Part shown: one piece after another, positions 27,919 through 37,090 of the stretch
Position numbering within the stretch: position 1 is the first letter of the stretch
Layout of the letters: every line of letters starts with the position of its first letter
From: Polyangiaceae bacterium
Lineage (GTDB): Bacteria > Myxococcota_A > Polyangia > Polyangiales > Polyangiaceae
Length of the DNA: 64,000 bases
Assembly: GCA_050287085.1 (NCBI GenBank)
Contig: JBNKBE010000004.1
Span: 224,288-288,287 of the forward strand
Reading direction: 5' to 3'
Notes under the pieces: generated by a model
Database searches by the model: none
Told to the model about the DNA's origin: nothing
Seen by the model: the letters and a program-made list of their open reading frames with translations, nothing else
Made by a program: the position numbers and the translations under genes

Positions 27919-28212
27919 ATGAAGGGCAGTTCGTGCGTGTTGGACAACCTCCTGGACGAGGTAGTGGGTCCACTCATCACGCAGGATGGCGGAGAACTCT
28001 ACGTCGTTGAGTGTTCGATCGAGCGCTTGCACTTGCACCTGCGAGGGCGCTTCTCGGGCTGCGCCGGAAACCCCCTCGTGATTCAGCGGGTCATTGCGCC
28101 CGCCCTCGAGACCGTTGCGCCGGGCTGCGGGCTGCGCGTCAGCAGCGGCGAATTGCTGCCGGAGGGCGCTAGCCGTTGGACCGCCCCTGAAGGCCAGGAA
28201 GGTACTGATTAA
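27919..28212 (+). CDS. NifU/NfuA C-terminal-like domain protein (CxxC degenerate)
   Basis: 'EVVGPLITQDGGELYVV...LHLHLRGRFSGCAG...VIAPAL'. Confidence 0.75.
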   Translation: MKGSSCVLDNLLDEVVGPLITQDGGELYVVECSIERLHLHLRGRFSGCAGNPLVIQRVIAPALETVAPGCGLRVSSGELLPEGASRWTAPEGQEGTD

Positions 28213-28213
28213 C

Positions 28214-28774
28214 TTGGGTGTTGTCCTAGCCATTGTGGCTTTCTTGCTCGGCGCTTGCACGACGGCGACTGGCCTTGAGCCGGCTCTGCCGCCTTTTGGT
28301 CAGGAAGCGGCCCGGGTATTTGACGACTCTATCCCGGTGGCGGCTTTTGGTGACTTTGGCAATAGGCGGGCTGAAGAGGAATCGAAGCTCCGCAGAGCGG
28401 CCCAGGAAGCTGACACCATCGTACTCGCCCGGGTGCTCACCGTGGCCCGTGACGATGACGGGCGCCTCGTTCGCTATGGCCTGACCCTCCAGCCCCAGGG
28501 CGACGCACTCTTCAATACAAAGCCCCACACCGAGATCCTGGAGCTCGCCGCGACACCTCGAGGCTTCAGGGGTGGGCTGCTCGATCAGCTGGATACGGAG
28601 CTAGCCGGACGTGAGCTCCTGCTTCTGCTCCGCACCTATGAGCAGGATGGCGAGCCGAGGACTCACTTTCGAGCTGAGGTCCCTTCCCAGCCCGTGTTAG
28701 AGGCCATCGCCAGTGCGCGGTCGGAGCCCCCGCCCCCGGCGGCCACCGGCTCTGCGCAACCCCTCCCCCGATGA
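28214..28774 (+). CDS. Hypothetical lipoprotein
   Basis: Hydrophobic stretch plus lipobox 'LAIVAFLLGA-C'. Fills the gap up to map. Start uncertain. Confidence 0.7.
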   Translation: MGVVLAIVAFLLGACTTATGLEPALPPFGQEAARVFDDSIPVAAFGDFGNRRAEEESKLRRAAQEADTIVLARVLTVARDDDGRLVRYGLTLQPQGDALFNTKPHTEILELAATPRGFRGGLLDQLDTELAGRELLLLLRTYEQDGEPRTHFRAEVPSQPVLEAIASARSEPPPPAATGSAQPLPR

Positions 28775-28786
28775 CAAGGTAGCAGC

Positions 28787-29596
28787 GTGGTCTTCAAAGC
28801 AAAGTCGGTTAAAGTGAAGTCGCCCCAGGAGTTGCTCCGAATGCGCGAGGTGTGTGCCATGGCGGCCGGGACGCTCGAACGCGTGAGCGAGCTCATCCGC
28901 CCGGGGGTCACGACCGAAGAGATCAACACCTTCGTGCACGAGGATACGCTGCGCTTGGGCGCTGTGCCGGCACCGCTCAACTACCGCGGCTTTCCCAAGA
29001 GCGTGTGCACCTCTGTCAACGAGGTTGTCTGCCACGGCATCCCGAGTGGTCAGGTCTTGCGCGAAGGGGATATTATCAACGTCGATGTTACCCATAAGTA
29101 CCAAGGATTTCATGGGGATACATCCGCTACTTTCTACGTAGGGGCACCCTCGGAAGAAGCCAAGAAGGTCACTGAGGTGGCGCGTCGCTCCCTGGAGCTC
29201 GGCATGGCCGCAGTGCGGCCCGGGGCCAGGCTGGGCGACATAGGCGCCGCTATCGAGACGTTTGTTGTGGGGCATGGGCTCAGCGTCGTGCGCGACTTCG
29301 TAGGCCACGGTATCGGGCGGAAGTTTCACGAAGAACCGAAAGTGGCCCACTACGGGCGAGCTGGAACGGGAATGCGTCTGCGCCCCGGGATGGTGTTCAC
29401 CATTGAGCCGATGGTGAATCTTGGGGACTGGCAGGTCGAAGTCCTGGCTGACAATTGGACGGCGGTCACCTCGGACGGCAGCCTATCTGCCCAATTCGAA
29501 CACACCATTGCCGTCACAGAGTCCGGGTACGAAGTGCTCACCGCGCGCTCGGCCCCGCTCGGAAATAGTGAGCTATTTCCTGATTATTGGAGCTAG
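28787..29596 (+). CDS. map: Methionine aminopeptidase type I
   Basis: 'FPKSVCTSVNEVVCHGIP', 'DVT...GFHGDTS', 'GHGIG..FHEEP', 'FTIEPM', 'SAQFEHT'. Confidence 0.98.
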   Translation: MVFKAKSVKVKSPQELLRMREVCAMAAGTLERVSELIRPGVTTEEINTFVHEDTLRLGAVPAPLNYRGFPKSVCTSVNEVVCHGIPSGQVLREGDIINVDVTHKYQGFHGDTSATFYVGAPSEEAKKVTEVARRSLELGMAAVRPGARLGDIGAAIETFVVGHGLSVVRDFVGHGIGRKFHEEPKVAHYGRAGTGMRLRPGMVFTIEPMVNLGDWQVEVLADNWTAVTSDGSLSAQFEHTIAVTESGYEVLTARSAPLGNSELFPDYWS

Positions 29597-29706
29597 TCCT
29601 CAGACGAGCGACAAGTGCTAGGGGCGGCGTTGTGCGGCCGCCGGGTCGCGGAGACGGCGCGGGGGCTGAGGCGCGCGGCCCCGTGGCTGTAACGCCACCC
29701 CTGGGG

Positions 29707-29722
29707 TGGCGCAATTCCTGCT
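29707..29722 (+). promoter_or_regulatory. Candidate sigma54 (-24/-12) promoter of the Lys/Ala-repeat-Fic gene
   Basis: TGGCGCAATTCCTGCT has GG-N10-GC spacing and is close to the TGGCAC-N5-TTGCW consensus. About 150 nt upstream of ATG 29871. Confidence 0.45.
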
Positions 29723-29870
29723 TATACTTGACCTTTGAGCACTCCGGCAGTTAGCCTGCCAGCGCCCGAGTGGAGGTGTGAACAGGTGGACACCTCCGGG
29801 GATCCTAAGGGTACGATCTTCGTATTGTTTCACCTGGCACGCGTACAGGCGCCCGAACGGAATTACCCAG

Positions 29871-32198
29871 ATGGCGGCACGGACTACCAAAGGCAACAAA
29901 AGCAAGCAGGGGAAGGCCGCTCGAGGGGCGTCAGCCGCGGCCACAGGGGGCAGCCGCCGAGGCACAGCCGCGGCCGGCGGGGCGAAAGGCGGAGCCAAAG
30001 GAGTCTCAGCTCGAAGCGGGGCTACGCCAAAAGGTGCGGGCAAGACCACGAAGAAGGTTGGCGTCACGAAGGCGGCAGCCAAGGCGGAGCGGCGTTCTTC
30101 ACCCCCGAAGAGCGCTGCCAAGCCCAGCGCTGCCAAGCCCAGCGCTGCCAAGCCCAGCGCCGCCAAGCCCAGCGCTGCCAAGCCCAGCGCCGCCAAGCCC
30201 AGCGCTGCCAAGCCCAGCGCTGCCAAGAGCTCCCCCCCGAAAAGCCGCAGCCGGGCTGAAGTGGGACCCAAGTCCCGCTCCGGAGGACGGCCCAATAGGC
30301 CTGACTCTCAGGCGCCTTCCAGTCGCGGCCGTGAGAGCGATAAAGCGCCCAAAGCTCGAGAGACCAAGCGCCCCAAAGAGGCCGAGCCGCAGAAGAAAGC
30401 CGAGGCCGCCAAGCGGGCCAAGGAGGCTGAAAAAGCCAAGAAGGCCAAAGACGCCGAGCGCCTGAAGAAGGCTCAGGAAGCTGAAAAGGTCAAGAAGGCC
30501 AAAGACGCCGAGGCTGCCAAGCGGGCCAAAGAGGCCGAAAAAGCCAAGAAGGCCAAAGACGCTGAACGTCTGAAGAAGGCCCGCGAAGCCGAAAAGGCCA
30601 AGAAGGCTCGGGAGGCCGAAAAAGCCAAGAAGGCCAAAGACGCTGAACGCCTGAAGAAGGCCCGCGAAGCCGAAAAGGCCAAGAAGACCAAAGACGCTGA
30701 GAAGATCCGCCTAGCGAAAGAGGCGGAAAGAAAAGAAGAAGCAGAGCGTCGGCAGAAGGCTGAGGCGGCTCGCAAGGAACAAGCCGATGCAGAACGGGCG
30801 CGCAAGGCGGCTGAGAAAGCGGCCGTAGAGGCGGAACGCAACCGGGAGCGCGAGGCCAAAGAAGCTGAGCGCGAAAGCCTGCGTGCCGCGCGCGAACAAG
30901 ACCGCGCTCGCAAGCGTGAAGAGGCGTTGAAGGCCAAAGCCGAGACGCAAACGGCTCGCCTTCTAGCCAAGGAGCAGGAGCGCGAGGCCAAGGCCCTGGA
31001 GCGCGAGCGACTCAAGGCGGAACGCGCGGCCGAACGCGAGCGACTCAAGGCGGAGCGCGCTGCCGAAAAGGAGCAACAGCGACGCGAGCGTGAAGAAGCT
31101 CGTGAACGCTTGCGCAAGGAGAAGGAAGAGGCTCGCTCGGCCTATCGCAAGGCCAAGGAGCAGGAGCAGATGCGTCTCCGTGCCGAGCGAGAGGCAGTGC
31201 GGCGTGCCCTAGAGGGGCGTGTTGCCAAGCACACGACGCGCGCGCGAAACGGCGGGGCGCGGCCGGGCACTAGCACGCGCGTGTATCGACCGACTTCGGT
31301 ACCGGATCAGTCAGGGACTCGCGTGGGTGGGGCTTCGACCAATAAGTTTGCGAATCTGCCCAGTCTCGCTCCTCGAGCCGAGCTTCCGTCGCGGCCGCGA
31401 CCGGCCACCCTCCCCCCGCCTCCCCCACCGCCGCGGCCCAAGACCTTCGAGGCGCGCCACTCGCTTATCCAGAAGCGTATGGAGACGGTCGATCCGTCAT
31501 TTCGGCAGGACTACGAGGAAAGCTTCTTGATGTCGTGGATCTTCCACGACAGTGCTCTCGAAGGTGTGGTCTACACGTACGACGAGCTTCGCACGGGGAT
31601 CAGTCCGAATCTCAACATGGTGCCAGAGTCGAGTTTGCAGTCGGTCTGTGACAACATCCGTCGACATCGCGATGCGATTCAACTGGTTCACGATCTGGGA
31701 CAGCAGCGTCGAGAACCTTTGACCCTCGATGTGCTCAAGCAGCTCTACGTGACCCTTCATCCTGAGGAGGGCACCGTGGAGACGGTGCAATATCGCAAGG
31801 AGCTACCCCAGCACCGCCTGTACTTTCACGAGTACGGAGCGCCCGAAAAGATCTCGGAGTTAGTAGACGGGGTGTTTACCTGGTTGCAGGGGCCCGAGCC
31901 CGGCAAGCTGAAGGATCCGCTCAAGGTCGCGGCGCGCATTCACTACGATTTGCTGCGCGCCTTCCCCTTCGACAAGGATACAGGCAAGGTGGTTCGCCTG
32001 TTCATGAACGTTTGGCTACTGCGCAACGATCATCCGCCAGCGATTGTGCATTCAGCTGAGCGTCAACGCTACTACGAGGCCCTTAAGAGCAGCTTGTCGA
32101 CGCTGACCTCGATGCTTCGAGAGGCCGTAGACAACGCGCTGATGAGCATTGAAAAGAAGCTCGACGAGCGGGAAACACGCCACCGGGCGATCATCTAG
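29871..32198 (+). CDS. Histone-like Lys/Ala-repeat and charged coiled-coil protein fused to a degenerate Fic domain
   Basis: N-terminal basic low-complexity region, SAAKP repeats, AEKAKKAKDAE repeats, E/R/K coil and a poly-Pro linker. C-terminal Fic fold: 'SWIFHDSALEG', 'LDVLKQLY', 'AARIHYDLLRAFPFDKDTGKVVRLFMN', 'RQRYYEAL'. Confidence 0.85.
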   Translation: MAARTTKGNKSKQGKAARGASAAATGGSRRGTAAAGGAKGGAKGVSARSGATPKGAGKTTKKVGVTKAAAKAERRSSPPKSAAKPSAAKPSAAKPSAAKPSAAKPSAAKPSAAKPSAAKSSPPKSRSRAEVGPKSRSGGRPNRPDSQAPSSRGRESDKAPKARETKRPKEAEPQKKAEAAKRAKEAEKAKKAKDAERLKKAQEAEKVKKAKDAEAAKRAKEAEKAKKAKDAERLKKAREAEKAKKAREAEKAKKAKDAERLKKAREAEKAKKTKDAEKIRLAKEAERKEEAERRQKAEAARKEQADAERARKAAEKAAVEAERNREREAKEAERESLRAAREQDRARKREEALKAKAETQTARLLAKEQEREAKALERERLKAERAAERERLKAERAAEKEQQRREREEARERLRKEKEEARSAYRKAKEQEQMRLRAEREAVRRALEGRVAKHTTRARNGGARPGTSTRVYRPTSVPDQSGTRVGGASTNKFANLPSLAPRAELPSRPRPATLPPPPPPPRPKTFEARHSLIQKRMETVDPSFRQDYEESFLMSWIFHDSALEGVVYTYDELRTGISPNLNMVPESSLQSVCDNIRRHRDAIQLVHDLGQQRREPLTLDVLKQLYVTLHPEEGTVETVQYRKELPQHRLYFHEYGAPEKISELVDGVFTWLQGPEPGKLKDPLKVAARIHYDLLRAFPFDKDTGKVVRLFMNVWLLRNDHPPAIVHSAERQRYYEALKSSLSTLTSMLREAVDNALMSIEKKLDERETRHRAII
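30111..30227 (+). repeat. 15-bp coding tandem repeat, 7 full copies + 1 partial (SAAKP)
   Basis: agcgc(t/c)gccaagccc repeated head-to-tail. Confidence 0.95.
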
Positions 32199-32249
32199 CT
32201 GACGGACGACCGGGGTCGTTGGGACTGTCGAACTGGCCACCCCAAGGAG

Positions 32250-33611
32250 TCAAGGTCGGCCGGCGAGAGCCTCGTACCCGGTGGCCACCGCAAGTTCCGC
32301 GAAAGCCAGGCGATAGTCCAGCGTGGCGCTCATCAGTTGGAAGCGCTTGAGCGCGTATTCTTTTGCCGGCGTGATGACTTCGTCCGTCTCGTAGGCACCG
32401 ATGTCGAGCCCCTGTTGCACCGTGATAAGCCAACGCCGGGCGTATTCGACCGCTTCGTGATAGGCCTGATAGCGTTCTTGCATCATGACGACCTTATCGT
32501 AGGCGACTTCTACCTCGCGCAAGACACCGCCCAGCGCGTAGCGCTGAACGGCTTGGGCCTCGGCCAACTGCGCGTCCAGTCGCTGAACGCGCGCGTGGTT
32601 CGGAACGAAGTCTAGCTTCCAGCGCAAGCCCAATGCGACGCCGTAGCGAAGAAAGTTGCCAGGATCGCGCACGTAGGGGTTGAGCTGATCGGCGATCTCC
32701 GGGGCCTGTGACCAGCTTCCGCTGAAGGTCAGACCGATGTCCGGATAATAGGAGGCGTTTTGCGCTGCCAGTTGGGCCGTACGAGCGCGGACGCCCTTGG
32801 CCGCCATGCGAAGCTCGGGTCGGTAGAGGCGGGCGGCCGTGAGATAGTGCTCCAAAGGAAGCAGGGTGTGGTCAGGCGGGGCCAGAGGCTGATCGACGAC
32901 ATCTACGGAGCCAGTGGCCCCGACCAAGACGCGCAAACCCGAGAGCGCGACCATCCGTTGATGGCGCGCCTCACCTTCCCGGGCCCGGAGCTCTGAACGA
33001 TGCATGCGCATCTTAAAAAGACTGACCTCGTCGGCCCGCTCCTCTTGCACGTCGATTTCGAGCTGAGAGAGGTGCTTGTCGATGCGGCGCGCAGCGTCCT
33101 GTACGAGCAGCTGAGCGTCCCGTGCCGCCATGGCCCCGAAGTAAGCTTTCTTTACCGACATGGCGAGCTCAGCCTGGACCTTGCGCGCCTCTTCCTCTTT
33201 GACCGCTACCCCTGCCTCGGCGGCCGCCACCGTGTTGGTGATCTTGCCGAACGTCCACAGCGGAATCGTTCCGTCGACGCTTGCTTGCCAGCCGAGGGCT
33301 AAGCTGCGTGTTAGCGCCACATCCGTATTGGGACTGTAGATGCTTGTGCCGCGGAGTGTGGGGGCGACCGCGATGCCCGCGGTGGTGCTGAATTGACTGA
33401 ACGGCGTGCTCCACGCTTCGGCGAGCTGGGCCCGTGCCTGCGCAATTTTGGCTCGCGCTTCGCTAACGGATGGGTAGCGGGCCCGCGCGAGCGCCAGGGC
33501 GGCATCCAAGGTTAGGACCTGTCCGTTTGCCGGAGCGCGCAACTCCGCACTGGCGCGTGTGTTCAGACACAGAGCCACAAGGACGATCGATGCGGCAAGG
33601 ACCCGTCGCAC
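32250..33611 (-). CDS. TolC family outer membrane efflux protein
   Basis: Signal peptide, 'LTLDAALALARARYP', 'IPLWTFGKI', 'VKKAYF', 'RPEL', 'YYPDIGL'. Two-repeat OEP organisation. Confidence 0.9.
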   Translation of the reverse strand: MRRVLAASIVLVALCLNTRASAELRAPANGQVLTLDAALALARARYPSVSEARAKIAQARAQLAEAWSTPFSQFSTTAGIAVAPTLRGTSIYSPNTDVALTRSLALGWQASVDGTIPLWTFGKITNTVAAAEAGVAVKEEEARKVQAELAMSVKKAYFGAMAARDAQLLVQDAARRIDKHLSQLEIDVQEERADEVSLFKMRMHRSELRAREGEARHQRMVALSGLRVLVGATGSVDVVDQPLAPPDHTLLPLEHYLTAARLYRPELRMAAKGVRARTAQLAAQNASYYPDIGLTFSGSWSQAPEIADQLNPYVRDPGNFLRYGVALGLRWKLDFVPNHARVQRLDAQLAEAQAVQRYALGGVLREVEVAYDKVVMMQERYQAYHEAVEYARRWLITVQQGLDIGAYETDEVITPAKEYALKRFQLMSATLDYRLAFAELAVATGYEALAGRP

Positions 33612-33681
33612 GGCGGTGGTCTAGCAAAATCCTAGGGTAGACACCAATGCCCAGCGCCTCGTCTCCGTCTCGCTCGGAGAA

Positions 33682-33709
33682 GCAGGGAGCGAGCTTGCTC
33701 ACTCCCTGC
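33682..33709 (-). other. Strong hairpin about 70 nt upstream of the tolC-like start
   Basis: Minus strand GCAGGGAGUGAGC-AA-GCUCGCUCCCUGC. The single irregularity is a U-G pair only on the minus strand. Confidence 0.55.
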
Positions 33710-34104
33710 GCTTTCGGTTTCGGCCGGTTGGAGGGGTTTCGCTTTGGGGGGCCGGTTGCAGCGTTGCCTTGCTGAGACCTCCGGACGACTGCCGGGGCAG
33801 CGGTTTCGAGACCGGGATGGGCGAATTTCGCAGAGGCGTTGACCCAATGCTTTTCGAACTCGTCAAGCTCCCATCTCATATCTCATAGTGCGCCGGCTCG
33901 GGTGACGTGGCTGCACGGCCTGGTGGGAGGGCTTGCAATCGCCGCAAGAGCCCGACGCTCGTCACCGCGACTCGGGTGTTTAGCTTAAGCCGGCGCCTGT
34001 TTCTGTGCCGGGGCTCCAGCACAACTTGGCTGAGTCCGGTGGCGTAGCGCCGAACCGACTATGCCCATCGAGGTTGGGCCCCGTCTAACGGGGGCTGCGT
34101 CACC

Positions 34105-35565
34105 CTACTCTTCGCGCCAGGCCACCCCGGCGCGTTTGACCGCCCGGCGGAAGTTCGAGCGATCGAGTCCGGCTTGCCTCGCCGCTTCCGAGACGTTGGA
34201 CTGAGTCCGGGACCGAAGTGAAGAAAAGTAGTGTCGCTCAAAGGCCGCCACCGCCCGGGCTTTGGCCTCGCGATAAGGCAATTCGACAAGTCCGTCCGGG
34301 AGTCGGGTCCCTTCCGCAGCCCCGTTGCTGCCGTCCAAGGCGGATAGCGTCGCTTCGAGCGGACTGACCAGGGGGTCACCGAGCCCGAGGTGGTCGGGGA
34401 GAATTTCGTCTTTGGCGAAAACGACGGCCCGCTCTACGGCGTTCTCAAGCTCTCGTACATTGCCGGGCCACGGTTGAGTGCACAAGAGCTCCAGCGCTTC
34501 TCGTGAGATTGCATCCACGCTATGGCCGACGCGAGCCGAATGCTTCTTCAGAAAGTGATAAGCCAGAGCCGGGATGTCGGTCCTGCGGTCGCGTAGAGAC
34601 GGTAGCGTGATGGCGACGACATTGAGCCGATAGTACAGATCTTCTCTGAAGCGGCCTTCCTCGATTTTCTTGCGCAGATCCACATTGGTCGCCGCGATGA
34701 CCCTGACGTCCACTTTGCGGGTTTCATTGGAGCCAACGCGCTTGACTTCACCCTCCTGTAACGTACGAAGCAGCTTAACCTGGGCCTGCTGAGGTAAGTC
34801 GCCTACCTCGTCGAGAAAGATGGTCCCCTGATTGGCGGCCTCAAAGAGACCCGAGCGGGGGCTTGTGGCGTTGGTGAAGGCGCCTTTGACATGACCAAAG
34901 AGCTCGCTCTCCACTACGCCCTCAGGGATGGCAGAGCAGTTGACGGGGATGAAGGGCCGGCTGCGCCGTTCTGAACGCTCGTGGATGGCGCGAGCCGTGA
35001 GTTCTTTGCCGGTGCCACTTTCTCCCAGAATGAGAACGGTGGCGCGCGTTGCCGCCACGCCCACGACGTTGCGGTAGACCGCGCGCATCGCCGGCGAAGT
35101 CCCGATCATTCCGCCGAAGCCCTTGTCCTCACCCTCCTCCACGCGGTGCGGTACCGTTACGTGGGCGCTGGCGCGCCGCTTAGCGGCCGCCCGCTCGATA
35201 CTGCGCTCCAGGTCGTCATTCGAGAAAGGCTTGGTGATGAAGTCGAAAGCACCGGCCTGCACTACCTTGACCGCTGTCTCGACGTCGCCGAAGGCAGTCA
35301 TCATTACGACCTCGATATCGGGATACGCCGTACGAGCCCGTTTCAGCAGTTCAAACCCCGCAAGCCGGGGCATCATCAAGTCGACGAGCGCGACGTCTAT
35401 CGCCTCAGTGCCCAGCATTTCGAGTGCTCGCAGGCCATCCTCGGCTACGTGCACCTTCATCCCGCGAGCAAGCAACATGCGCGCGACGCTTCGTCTCAGC
35501 GCCGGCTCGTCATCAGCGACCAGGACCGAGATGTCGCGTGGTGGATCCAGGGAAAGATGTGCCAC
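34105..35565 (-). CDS. Sigma54-dependent response regulator (NtrC-like: REC-AAA+-HTH)
   Basis: Receiver 'VADDE...VDLMMP...MTAFG...FITKPF'; 'GESGTGKE', 'ESELFGHVKGAFTNA', 'FLDEVGD', 'FREDLYYRLNV', 'WPGNVRELEN'; HTH 'NVSEAARQAGLDRSNF'. Confidence 0.97.
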   Translation of the reverse strand: MAHLSLDPPRDISVLVADDEPALRRSVARMLLARGMKVHVAEDGLRALEMLGTEAIDVALVDLMMPRLAGFELLKRARTAYPDIEVVMMTAFGDVETAVKVVQAGAFDFITKPFSNDDLERSIERAAAKRRASAHVTVPHRVEEGEDKGFGGMIGTSPAMRAVYRNVVGVAATRATVLILGESGTGKELTARAIHERSERRSRPFIPVNCSAIPEGVVESELFGHVKGAFTNATSPRSGLFEAANQGTIFLDEVGDLPQQAQVKLLRTLQEGEVKRVGSNETRKVDVRVIAATNVDLRKKIEEGRFREDLYYRLNVVAITLPSLRDRRTDIPALAYHFLKKHSARVGHSVDAISREALELLCTQPWPGNVRELENAVERAVVFAKDEILPDHLGLGDPLVSPLEATLSALDGSNGAAEGTRLPDGLVELPYREAKARAVAAFERHYFSSLRSRTQSNVSEAARQAGLDRSNFRRAVKRAGVAWREE

Positions 35566-35864
35566 TTGATTACCTCACACCGGCGCTCTCATGCGACGAC
35601 AAAACGAGGGGCGTTCGCGCGCTGATGCCCGCTCCCCTCACCCTACGAACCCACCCTCCGGCTCCGGCAGATAAACTCCGGTTCCGGGGAGCGGCCCGTG
35701 CCGTCCGCATCACAACGCTGCTAGTTCTGTCACACGTCAATGTTGAGTGCGCCCCCCGGCGCTCGTCGAATCGCCCGCCCCCGAGATCGGGACGCTTTGG
35801 CACCACCGACCTCACTCGTGAGCGTTTGCGAGCCTAGCGGAGATGAAGCGCGAGAGCGAGAATT

Positions 35865-35897
35865 CTGAACAACAAAAACCCAGCATCAATTGTTCAG
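35865..35897. promoter_or_regulatory. Inverted repeat, candidate transcription factor site in the divergent promoter region
   Basis: CTGAACAA-N17-TTGTTCAG in an AT-rich patch. Confidence 0.4.
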
Positions 35898-36036
35898 TGG
35901 GGCATATCTTACCTAGTCCTACTGCTCATGAGTCCCGCATCTGTCCGGGGGTTTCAGGGCCAAGTCCGCCCAAGGCAAGCTCGACGTGCGCAGGGGATTG
36001 AATTCAGACTCGCGTTGGAGTAGAAATCGCGCACTC

Positions 36037-36426
36037 ATGAGCGGCAGCGGAAACACTGAGATCAACGCACTCGTGGGACGCGGCACCCAATTCGACGGCA
36101 AACTTCATTTCGAAGGTTGCGTTCGGGTTGACGGAACGCTCTCGGGTGAAGTGCTCAGCGACGGCACGCTAATCATTGGAGAAAGCGCGGTCGTGGAAGG
36201 CGACATCCTCGCCGGCACCGTGATCATCCGCGGTGGCACGGTGACGGCCAACGTCCGTGCAACGCGGTCGATTGAGCTCTACGTACCGGCGGTCGTGACC
36301 GGAAACCTCCTAGCTCCTGAGATCTTCATCGACAAAGGTGTGCGCTTCTCGGGCAACTGCGTCATGGGCGCGGTGGACACGGACGAAGAGACCGGGCTAC
36401 CGCGAGACAATCACGGCAAGCTCTGA
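36037..36426 (+). CDS. Bactofilin (polymer-forming cytoskeletal protein)
   Basis: 'ALVGRGTQFDGKLHFEGCVRVDG.LSGEV...GTLIIGESAVVEGDI...VVTGNL....IFIDKGVRFSGNCVM'. Confidence 0.93.
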   Translation: MSGSGNTEINALVGRGTQFDGKLHFEGCVRVDGTLSGEVLSDGTLIIGESAVVEGDILAGTVIIRGGTVTANVRATRSIELYVPAVVTGNLLAPEIFIDKGVRFSGNCVMGAVDTDEETGLPRDNHGKL

Positions 36427-37057
36427 AGAGGGCTGCGTCTCCGTGGCAAGGTGTCACAACAGACGGGCCCCGGGTTGCGTCCTTTCAACCAGCGAGCTGG
36501 TTGCTACGATAAGCCAAGAAAACAGGGGGTCTTCAAACTGGGAGTTCCCCTACCGCGTCTCGTTGTGTATGAAGCTGGGTCGTGACCGTCGACGCCGAAA
36601 GACGCTCATGGTCCGCTCTTCCGACAACCCGTCCTCGCGTCGGTTTGTTTTTCCTGACTGTTTCTTCGAGGCGGGGTACCCCGGAACCCGGAGTTCCCTG
36701 CCCCACTCGAGCCCGGACGCCAAGACCGTATCGCAGTCACGAGTGCCATCCAGACGGCGCGTGTGGCGAGACAAGTTTGGAGTCCAAACGGAGTCCCGAA
36801 TCACCTCATTGAGGTCGGGAGCCAAGGTGCGGGCGGGGATTGGACCCGACTTCTCCAACCGGGGCACCCGTGCGGTGCGGGGTTCGGGAAGCGGTCGTGC
36901 CACCGGCACCTCGACTCTCCCCCGCGGAACGCCCCCGTCGGACTCTGACGCAATAAACGAACTGAGAATGTCCAGCTACCTCGCACCATCGCGCTCCCCT
37001 CACCGCACCTCTCCGTGCTGGATTCACGCGCGGTAGCCCCAATTCTCTTCCTCTCCT

Positions 37058-37090
37058 CTCGGCTAGCTCATCTCGGCTAGCTCAGCTCGG
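37058..37090. repeat. Short tandem repeat upstream of gltB
   Basis: CTCGGCTAGCTCA twice with 14-bp period, plus a partial CTCGG. Confidence 0.6.

Noticed and set aside
29835..29850. TGGCACGCGTACAGGC as a sigma54 promoter
   Set aside because: GG-to-GC spacing is 11 rather than the required 10 nt.
29618..30295. Minus-strand ORF with (LAALG)n hydrophobic repeats resembling a membrane protein
   Set aside because: Antisense shadow of the SAAKP coding repeat.
36338..37036. 232-aa + strand ORF and overlapping minus-strand ORFs upstream of gltB
   Set aside because: Arg/Ser/Pro-rich with no recognisable motif, and it overlaps the bactofilin end. Likely spurious in GC-rich DNA.
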